From a virus (lineage: Duplodnaviria; Caudoviricetes), in IMG/VR virus record IMGVR_UViG_3300022927_000033, positions 1 to 49,315 of that record: a DNA stretch of 49,315 nt; one strand, given 5' to 3'. The notes under the pieces were generated by a model, which made no database searches, was not told the DNA's origin, and saw nothing but the letters and a program-made list of their open reading frames with translations. Below are positions 1-6,893 of the stretch, one piece after another (position 1 is the stretch's first letter; the number at the start of each line of letters is the position of its first letter). Position numbers and translations under genes: made by a program.

Positions 1-1
1 C

Positions 2-1093
2 CCAACAACAGGGAAACAAACTTTTGCACTATCCAAAAGCGACGAGGGGTTCTTAGCCCTTTGCGAACACGAAAACCCATTCATACAAGACCTCTGTGCT
101 GTTCGACTCGGCACTAAATCTACCATCGAAGAATCTCGCATTGAACGGTTCATCCAAATAGCAGAAAGAAACAATGGGTATCTACCTATACCACTCAAGT
201 ATTATGGGGCGCATACAGGGCGATGGGCAGGCGTAGACAAAGTTAACTTCCAAAACTTACCTAGTCGTGACGTCAAAAAGAAAGCTTTGAAACAAGCAAT
301 CATCGCGCCTGAAGAGCATGTCGTTATAAACGTAGACTCATCTCAGATTGAAGCAAGGGTATTGGTATGGTTAGCAGGACAGCATGACGTGTTGCAACAA
401 TTTGCTAACGGCGAGGATGTGTATGTGAACTTTGCAAGACGCGTTTATAACCGTAATGATATTACTAAAGCAGAACGAGCCGTGGGTAAAACTTGTATAT
501 TAGGATTAGGCTATGGCACAGGGTGGCGTAAACTACAAAACGTATTGAAACTCAATGCGGGACAAGATATGTCAGACCAAGAATCCGAACGGCTAGTGAG
601 ACTTTATCGAGAAGTCAACCACGAGGTCGTAAAACTTTGGCAAGAATGTGATCGAGCATTATCAGACATGGCATCATGGCCTGCCGACAAACTTCCTTAT
701 TATTTAGATGACCGCAAAGCTATCTTAGTTACGCCGGAAGGTCTCAAACTACCCAACAATCTATACATACATTACCCTAATTTAAAATTAAATGATGGAG
801 ACTACACATACAATTCCAGACGAGGAACAATAAAAATCTGGGGTGGGGCAGTCGTTGAGAATATTGTCCAAGCTTTAGCGCGTATTGTTATTGGAGATCA
901 AATGTGTGACATTGCGCGAAGCTATGCACCTGTATTAACTGTGCATGACGCCCTTGTCTATGTTGTGCCTGAAAAGGACGCAGATACAGCTTTAGATTTT
1001 ATTAAAAACGAAATGAGCACGGCGCCGGAGTGGGCTAAAGGATTGCCAGTGACATGTGAGGGGGACTATGCAAGTAACTACGGAGACTGTTAA
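2..1093 (+). CDS. polA: Family A DNA polymerase, C-terminal part (5' end lies outside the window)
   Basis: The frame is open from position 2 (PTTGKQTF...HTGRWAG...NFQNLP). Motif A is DSSQIEARV, motif B is RAVGKTCILGLGYG and motif C is TVHDAL. Confidence 0.95.
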   Translation, partial: PTTGKQTFALSKSDEGFLALCEHENPFIQDLCAVRLGTKSTIEESRIERFIQIAERNNGYLPIPLKYYGAHTGRWAGVDKVNFQNLPSRDVKKKALKQAIIAPEEHVVINVDSSQIEARVLVWLAGQHDVLQQFANGEDVYVNFARRVYNRNDITKAERAVGKTCILGLGYGTGWRKLQNVLKLNAGQDMSDQESERLVRLYREVNHEVVKLWQECDRALSDMASWPADKLPYYLDDRKAILVTPEGLKLPNNLYIHYPNLKLNDGDYTYNSRRGTIKIWGGAVVENIVQALARIVIGDQMCDIARSYAPVLTVHDALVYVVPEKDADTALDFIKNEMSTAPEWAKGLPVTCEGDYASNYGDC

Positions 1094-1634
1094 ATCATCA
1101 GATTGTTATTTTGAACTTCCCTATCAATCAGAGTTTACTACAAAACTTTATCTTGCTTGCCAAATGGCAAAGGATATTGACTGGGTGAAATACTATAACT
1201 TTGAGTTGCTATATATTGAACAAGAGGTTTTGCGTAAAGTCGATCCATTCTTACGTCAGCTCTACAAAGCTCACAGATTTGAGGCAGGGGTAGTTAGGAT
1301 GCAACCGAATACTTTTTATGATTGGCATGTTGATGATAACCGAGGCGTCTGTGTTAACATGTTAATTAATCATGCGCAGAGTCATTGTATATTTAGAGAC
1401 CCTAAAAAAGAGGGTGCAATCACAGGAAAGTTTCATGAACTTAACTATGAACGCGGGGTTTACTATTTTTTCAACAATCAAGTAGAGCACTCGATATATA
1501 ACTTTGAGGGCACACGATATTTGTTAACCTTGCAATTTGCAGAAGATAAGACTAAACTAGATTTTCATTCATTAGTAAAGGAGTGGCGCGATGGGCGATG
1601 GCGGAAAAGGAAGCCGACAAAGGCCAACAAATGA
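1068..1634 (+). CDS. Cupin / 2OG-Fe(II) oxygenase-like protein
   Basis: HxD motif (YDWHVDD), a distal His (VEHSIYN) and a later Arg (TRYLL) fit a double-stranded beta-helix fold. ATG at 1068 follows GAGGGGG. Confidence 0.55.
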   Translation: MQVTTETVKSSDCYFELPYQSEFTTKLYLACQMAKDIDWVKYYNFELLYIEQEVLRKVDPFLRQLYKAHRFEAGVVRMQPNTFYDWHVDDNRGVCVNMLINHAQSHCIFRDPKKEGAITGKFHELNYERGVYYFFNNQVEHSIYNFEGTRYLLTLQFAEDKTKLDFHSLVKEWRDGRWRKRKPTKANK

Positions 1635-1755
1635 AGAGTTGTATAGCGATGGATATGATCGGATATTCGGTATGCGCTGTAAAGATTGCGATTATAAACA
1701 GCGAAGAACAGAAGGACAGCCTGTGCTGTGTGAGACTTGTGGGAAAGAATTATGA
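1591..1755 (+). CDS. Small Zn-ribbon phage protein, 54 aa (not in ORF track)
   Basis: Manual translation MGDGGKGSRQRPTNEELYSDGYDRIFGMRCKDC...CETCGKEL has two CxxC pairs. AAGGAG lies upstream and the stop overlaps the next ATG (ATGA). Confidence 0.7.
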   Translation: MGDGGKGSRQRPTNEELYSDGYDRIFGMRCKDCDYKQRRTEGQPVLCETCGKEL

Positions 1756-1949
1756 TTGAGTTTGTCTTAATTGTTAGTTTAATGGGCGACTTCGGCCCCG
1801 AACAAAAATATGTAGGTAGTTTTGGAAATTGCCAGCTTGCAGAAATATACTATGATAGTAATTATAGAGGCAAAGAAACTTATAATGGATACAGGTGTAT
1901 AAGAAAGGATTTATTAGGTGAAATAGAAAAACTTAAACTAGGAGTATAA
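1752..1949 (+). CDS. Hypothetical protein (paralog of next gene)
   Basis: MIEFVLIV...QKYVGSFGNC aligns with MIDYILAI...PQYIGTFINC of the next ORF. Confidence 0.7.
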   Translation: MIEFVLIVSLMGDFGPEQKYVGSFGNCQLAEIYYDSNYRGKETYNGYRCIRKDLLGEIEKLKLGV

Positions 1950-1952
1950 GCT

Positions 1953-2168
1953 ATGATAGATTATATATTAGCTATTTATATAAATAATGAGCCTCAGTAT
2001 ATAGGCACGTTTATAAATTGCCATGATGCAGAGGCTTATGTTAGAACTTATTACCCCGAGCATGATAGTATTTGTCAACATAGAGACTATATTCATTTAC
2101 CGACTGATTTAAAAGAAAAATTTTTTGTGCCCTATCCAAACGGCACGTGGGAGACGGTGACACATTAA
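1953..2168 (+). CDS. Hypothetical protein (paralog of previous gene)
   Basis: AGGAG RBS upstream; similar to 1752-1949. Confidence 0.75.
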   Translation: MIDYILAIYINNEPQYIGTFINCHDAEAYVRTYYPEHDSICQHRDYIHLPTDLKEKFFVPYPNGTWETVTH

Positions 2169-2308
2169 TGGCAAAAGTAAAACAGACTGAGAGAGCACGC
2201 GAACCAATACACAAACGGACATGTCAGGGTGGCCGTAAAGCGAAGACAAGTACAATGAGCAAAGACCAAAAACGCTCATTTAAAAAATATAGAGGACAAG
2301 GTAGATAA
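2168..2308 (+). CDS. Small basic phage protein ending KKYRGQGR, 46 aa (not in ORF track)
   Basis: Manual translation MAKVKQTERAREPIHKRTCQGGRKAKTSTMSKDQKRSFKKYRGQGR, with TAATG coupling at both ends. Confidence 0.75.
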   Translation: MAKVKQTERAREPIHKRTCQGGRKAKTSTMSKDQKRSFKKYRGQGR

Positions 2309-2970
2309 TGGTAGACTTTACGTGGAGTTACTCCTCCCTAAAAGAGTATGAGAATTGCCCAAAAAAGTACCACGAAATAAGAGTATTACAGAACTACGAA
2401 TTTACTGATACTCCTCAAACCATTTATGGTAAAGAAGTGCATGAAGCTTTAGAACTGTATGTAAGAGACAATAAACCCCTAGCCAAAAATTATCAGCGCT
2501 TTCAAAAAGTAGTAGATACTTTGATTGCCATACCGGGCGAAAAACTCCCCGAATATAAGATGGCACTAGACAAAAACTTTAAACCTTGTGACTTTGATTC
2601 AGATGATAGATGGGTTCGAGGCATTGCGGATTTAGTTATTATTGACGGAGAGAACGCCTACGTCGTAGACTACAAGACCGGAAGCAATAAGTATCCTGAT
2701 CCTAAACAGTTACGACTCATGGCCTTGATGTTGTTCGCACATTTTCCTAACGTCAACAATATTAAAGCAGGTTTACTCTTTATATTAAAAAATAGTTTTG
2801 TTCAGGAGTCGTATACTAGGCAAACAATTCATCAGTCATGGAAGAAGTTTGAACAGGCATTAGATAGATTATCGCTATCATTTAAAGATGATGTGTGGAC
2901 GCCTAACCCCACGCCTCTGTGTGGATGGTGTCCTGTTGATACTTGTGAGTTTTATAAACCGAGGAAATAA
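2308..2970 (+). CDS. PD-(D/E)XK (RecB/Cas4-like) exonuclease
   Basis: WSYSSL..YENCP, RGIADLV, VVDYKTG, QLRLMA and a C-terminal LCGWCPVDTC Cys cluster. Confidence 0.9.
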   Translation: MVDFTWSYSSLKEYENCPKKYHEIRVLQNYEFTDTPQTIYGKEVHEALELYVRDNKPLAKNYQRFQKVVDTLIAIPGEKLPEYKMALDKNFKPCDFDSDDRWVRGIADLVIIDGENAYVVDYKTGSNKYPDPKQLRLMALMLFAHFPNVNNIKAGLLFILKNSFVQESYTRQTIHQSWKKFEQALDRLSLSFKDDVWTPNPTPLCGWCPVDTCEFYKPRK

Positions 2971-3410
2971 TGTATCAAAGAGTTTGTGTGATATGTAATA
3001 CACCCTTTAAGACTCGTCAGCCGAATCATATTAATTGCTCTCCTGAATGTAATAGTATTCACAGAGTGAACCAAAGATATGAAAGGGACAATCACAATTG
3101 GGGAAAATACTACAAACATTTACTATCAACTAAGAAAGAACACAGCTTAACAGTTGCCGAATTAATAGGCAAGACAGCAGAACAAGATTATAAGTGTGCG
3201 TTGTCAGGAGTAGAGCTGACGTGCTATCATAAGCGAGGAGAAATCATTCTTACTAACGCTAGTATCGATAGAATTAACGCAGGAAAAGAGTATAATTATG
3301 ATAATATACAGATTGTCTGTAGGGCGATTAATTCGTTCAGAGGCAATATGAAGATTAACGAATTTATATTTTGGTGTAGCGAGGTAGCAAAAAATGCCCT
3401 ATGTAAATAA
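2970..3410 (+). CDS. HNH-like (His-Me finger) endonuclease with N-terminal Zn finger, putative homing endonuclease
   Basis: N-terminal CVIC...CSPEC; C-terminal KCALSG...SIDRINAGKEY...NIQIVC...N. Confidence 0.65.
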   Translation: MYQRVCVICNTPFKTRQPNHINCSPECNSIHRVNQRYERDNHNWGKYYKHLLSTKKEHSLTVAELIGKTAEQDYKCALSGVELTCYHKRGEIILTNASIDRINAGKEYNYDNIQIVCRAINSFRGNMKINEFIFWCSEVAKNALCK

Positions 3411-3714
3411 ACCTAGACCCCACAAGAAAGAATACCAACAACAGAAAGCTAGAGGTGAACATGCCAAGCGCATGGAGCGCCAGCGTGCTCGTCGTGCATT
3501 AGATAAAAAATTGCCTGATAAAAACGGTAATGGTAAAGCAGATGCGCGGGAAGGAAAAGATGTAGCACACCGCAAAGCTTTTTCTAAAGGTGGTAGCAAC
3601 AAGCACGGCGTGACTATCCAGTCTAAATCTAAAAACCGTTCATTCAAACGTTCATCAAGTGGTAAGCTTGTATCAGAAACAAGTAAACGTGAACGAAAGA
3701 AATCTAAGAAATAA
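3394..3714 (+). CDS. Basic HNH-like protein
   Basis: GKDVAHRKAFSKGGSN...SKNRS resembles the HNH core; very K/R-rich. Confidence 0.6.
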   Translation: MPYVNKPRPHKKEYQQQKARGEHAKRMERQRARRALDKKLPDKNGNGKADAREGKDVAHRKAFSKGGSNKHGVTIQSKSKNRSFKRSSSGKLVSETSKRERKKSKK

Positions 3715-3726
3715 ATCAAATAACAC

Positions 3727-3755
3727 TTGACTAATTAAAAGTCTTAAAGTAAACT
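3727..3755 (+). promoter_or_regulatory. Sigma70-like promoter upstream of the helicase operon
   Basis: TTGACT-N17-TAAACT in the intergenic gap, followed by AGGAGAGG and ATG at 3776. Confidence 0.65.
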
Positions 3756-3775
3756 TTAATCTTTATAGGAGAGGT

Positions 3776-5347
3776 ATGAAGATTATTGATAACCATGCGT
3801 TGCAAATAAGCGTGTTACCTGCTAACGCTAAAAAAATTACAGAAGAAATAAAAAAATCTAAAATTATTTCTAGTCAAGAGGGAGCATCAGAAGTTCTTAT
3901 ACATTGGGGACTTGATGAAGTGACCAAACTTAACTCATTGATTCGATTCAAGAAACCGGTGCCCTCACCTATTTCCCGCGACTATAAATGGACAGGACGT
4001 TTTACCCCGTACGCCCATCAAAAAGAAACCTCTGAGTTTTTATCGATCCGCCCTCGAGCTTTTTGTTTCAACGAGGCAGGCACGGGCAAGACTTCATCAG
4101 TGTTATGGGCTTCTGATTACTTGATGAATGAGGGTAAAATCAAGCGAGTATTGATTATATGTCCACTTTCAATCATGACATCGGCCTGGAAAAACGATAT
4201 TTACAATACATGTATTCATAGAATACCAGGAGTTGCTTATGGTAGACCTGATGATCGGAGAGTCGTTATTAGTAATCCTCAATATGAGTTTGTTATTATT
4301 AACTATGATGGTGTTGCTATTGTCAAAGATGATATTAAAAAAGCTAAGTTTGATTTGATTGTTGTTGATGAGGCTAATGCATACAAGTCTGTTTCGACAA
4401 CCCGATGGAAAACACTTAATAGTATTTTAGAACCTACAACAAGATTGTGGATGTTGACAGGGACACCGGCATCACAATCACCAGTAGATGCTTATGGTCT
4501 TGCACGTTTAGTCTGTCCACATCGAGTGCCTAAATTTTCAACTGCGTGGCGCGATATGGTTATGTTTCAACTCACACGATTCAAGTGGCTACCTAAGCCA
4601 GATAGCAAATCTAAAGTCTTTCAAGTATTACAACCGGCGATTCGGTTTGCTAAAAACGATTGTCTGGATTTACCTGAAGTTGTGTATCAGACACGAGAGG
4701 TTCCACTATCAAAACAAGTAGAGAAGTTTTATAAAGAATTGAAGAAAGAGTTCTTGATTGAAGCCGCAGGTCAAGAGATTACGTCGGTGAACGCGGCAGC
4801 TAACATGAGTAAACTCCTACAAATCTCGGGTGGCGCAGTCTACACTGACGATAAAAAAGTTGTAGACTTTGATATTGCCCCACGACTCAAAGCACTACAA
4901 GAAGTAATAGATCAAACAGAACACAAGATATTAATCTTTGTACCCTTTAGACACACGATAAATATTGTCGCTAACCACTTAGATAAACAGGGTATTTCAA
5001 ACGCTATTATTAATGGTAGTGTAAGTGCTACTAATCGCACGCGTATTATTAAAGAGTTTCAAACGGCTGATGACCCGAGGGTTCTTGTTATACAACCTCA
5101 GTCAGCATCACATGGTGTAACTTTAACTAGGGCAGACACGGTTGTCTTTTGGTCGCCTGTTTTAAGTGTTGAAGTTTATTTACAATGTATTGCTCGTATT
5201 GATCGCGTAGGGCAAAAGAACAAAATGACAGTAGTTCACCTGCAAGGTTCAGACGTTGAAAGAAGGCTGTATGCCATGCTACAGGGTAAGGTAGATGCGC
5301 ATACTCAATTAGTTGATTTATATAGAGAGGTGATTGAAGATGAGTGA
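3776..5347 (+). CDS. SNF2-family (SF2) helicase
   Basis: Walker A EAGTGKT, Walker B VVDEAN, LTGTP, HGVTLT and QCIARIDRVGQ. Confidence 0.92.
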   Translation: MKIIDNHALQISVLPANAKKITEEIKKSKIISSQEGASEVLIHWGLDEVTKLNSLIRFKKPVPSPISRDYKWTGRFTPYAHQKETSEFLSIRPRAFCFNEAGTGKTSSVLWASDYLMNEGKIKRVLIICPLSIMTSAWKNDIYNTCIHRIPGVAYGRPDDRRVVISNPQYEFVIINYDGVAIVKDDIKKAKFDLIVVDEANAYKSVSTTRWKTLNSILEPTTRLWMLTGTPASQSPVDAYGLARLVCPHRVPKFSTAWRDMVMFQLTRFKWLPKPDSKSKVFQVLQPAIRFAKNDCLDLPEVVYQTREVPLSKQVEKFYKELKKEFLIEAAGQEITSVNAAANMSKLLQISGGAVYTDDKKVVDFDIAPRLKALQEVIDQTEHKILIFVPFRHTINIVANHLDKQGISNAIINGSVSATNRTRIIKEFQTADDPRVLVIQPQSASHGVTLTRADTVVFWSPVLSVEVYLQCIARIDRVGQKNKMTVVHLQGSDVERRLYAMLQGKVDAHTQLVDLYREVIEDE

Positions 5348-5744
5348 TATTAAAGCAGATTCTCTAGTCAAAGCCTATCTCGCATTAAGATTACAACGAG
5401 AGAAGCTGGCTAGAAAATATGAGCAAGAAGACAGTGTTTTCAAAGAGCAGATGAATCGCTTAGAGGAAGCTATGTTAAATACTTGTAATGACATTGGTGC
5501 TGAAACACTACGCACTGATAGTGGTACGATTATTAAAACTTTAAAAGAAAACTACGTATGCGGTGATTGGGATAACTTTAAGAAGTTTATTCTTGAGAAC
5601 CAAGCTCTTGAGTTATTACAGCAACGCATAAGTCAGACTAACTTTAAAGAGTATGTCGGAACCCGCAAAGAAGAGGGACTCCCTCCAGGCATCAGCACTA
5701 TGAGAGAGTTCAAAATAACTGTAAGAAAACCAACCGCTAAATAA
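5340..5744 (+). CDS. Conserved phage hypothetical protein (coiled coil)
   Basis: GAGGTG RBS before ATG at 5340; lies between the helicase and SSB genes. Confidence 0.8.
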   Translation: MSDIKADSLVKAYLALRLQREKLARKYEQEDSVFKEQMNRLEEAMLNTCNDIGAETLRTDSGTIIKTLKENYVCGDWDNFKKFILENQALELLQQRISQTNFKEYVGTRKEEGLPPGISTMREFKITVRKPTAK

Positions 5745-5755
5745 GGAGAAATTAT

Positions 5756-6445
5756 ATGGCGCAAACAAATGTAGCATTTACGACACCGAAAGGTATCGCA
5801 CAATATCCTTGGTTATCTAAACCGGATACGAAATTTTCTGAGGAGGGAGATTACAAAGTTAATCTGATTTTATCAAAAGAAGAAGCTTTGCCAATCCTGA
5901 AACAAATCAATGAAGTGTATGCAGAAAACATTTCAAAGGAAACAAAGAAAGCTAAAGGTAACGAAATTAAAAAGGCCCCACCACCTTGGCTTGAAGAGAA
6001 AGACGACGCGGGCCAACTAACAGGCAATATCATCCTTAAGTTTAAATCAAAAGCCGCATATAAACCGGCTATCTTTGATGCAAAAGGAATGCCTATGGTC
6101 AACAGTAGCATTTGGGGTGGGTCTGAAATAAAAGTAGCAGGCACGATTGCCCCCTACTATACAAGTTTAATTGGTGCCGGTGTAGCATTGCGTCTACGCG
6201 CAGTGCAAGTTATTCAGTATGTAGATGGTACACAAGGGGCAAGCCGATTCGGGTTTGAAGAAACTGCAGGGTATGTACACGAAGATAAACCTGATGCATC
6301 TTTTGAGGAAGCTTTGGTGGAAACATTTGAAGCTCCAGTAGAAGCTTCAGCTCCGAAAGAACCCGAGTTAAGAGCAGATGTTAAACCACCTGTTCAAGCC
6401 GCAGATGACCTGTCTGACATCATTAATCAATGGTCACAAGGATAA
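5756..6445 (+). CDS. Single-stranded DNA-binding protein, T7 gp2.5-like
   Basis: FTTPKGIAQYPWLSKPDTKF...YKVNL, IWGGSEIKV and GVALRLRAVQVI are gp2.5-like; acidic C-terminal region. Confidence 0.8.
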   Translation: MAQTNVAFTTPKGIAQYPWLSKPDTKFSEEGDYKVNLILSKEEALPILKQINEVYAENISKETKKAKGNEIKKAPPPWLEEKDDAGQLTGNIILKFKSKAAYKPAIFDAKGMPMVNSSIWGGSEIKVAGTIAPYYTSLIGAGVALRLRAVQVIQYVDGTQGASRFGFEETAGYVHEDKPDASFEEALVETFEAPVEASAPKEPELRADVKPPVQAADDLSDIINQWSQG

Positions 6446-6448
6446 GCC

Positions 6449-6781
6449 ATGCCTAAAAAATATAGCCAGTCCTTTCTCATTGAATTAGGGAAAGCAGACA
6501 ACGAAAGATTAGGGGTTAAATTAGCTAAAGCATGTGTCCGTGCCGACCTACCTATTATAGAGGTGGCTAAGGTATTTGGGGTATCTCGTATGACAATTCA
6601 TACGTGGTTCAGAGGGGGAGCCATACGAGATAAAAACGCAACCAAAATTACAAGTTTTTTGAAAGCGTTGAACGACGCGTGGATAGAAGAGTTTGAAAAT
6701 AAAACTTCGGCTCTACCTATCGCGCACCCAAAACATGCTAAGGCGTTTTTAGAGGATAGAATTGTCCCTAAAATTAGTTGA
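6449..6781 (+). CDS. Helix-turn-helix DNA-binding protein
   Basis: IIEVAKVFGVSRMTIHTWFRG HTH signature. Confidence 0.8.
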   Translation: MPKKYSQSFLIELGKADNERLGVKLAKACVRADLPIIEVAKVFGVSRMTIHTWFRGGAIRDKNATKITSFLKALNDAWIEEFENKTSALPIAHPKHAKAFLEDRIVPKIS

Positions 6782-6805
6782 TCCATTAACCAAAACGTGT
6801 ACAAT
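6778..6805 (+). promoter_or_regulatory. Putative sigma70-like promoter for the primase gene
   Basis: TTGATC-N16-TACAAT directly before a long hairpin. Confidence 0.45.
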
Positions 6806-6811
6806 AGAGAG

Positions 6812-6864
6812 TGCCCCCAAGGTTTTTATAGTCTATACTTATAGAGACCTAGGGGCATTTTCTT
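6812..6864 (+). terminator. Long imperfect hairpin with T-tract (terminator/attenuator-like)
   Basis: TGCCCC..AGGTTTTTATA pairs with TATAGAGACCT.GGGGCA, followed by TTTTCTT. Confidence 0.5.
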
Positions 6865-6893
6865 ACACCTTAAGAGAGAAAGACATATAGATA

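Noticed and set aside
2308-2970. cas4 as part of a CRISPR-Cas system
   Set aside because: No cas1, cas2 or array; solo Cas4-like nucleases are ordinary phage replication genes.
3517-3543. EF-hand-like DKNGNGKAD loop in the basic HNH-like protein
   Set aside because: A single short match without clear flanking EF-hand helices; not enough to call calcium binding.
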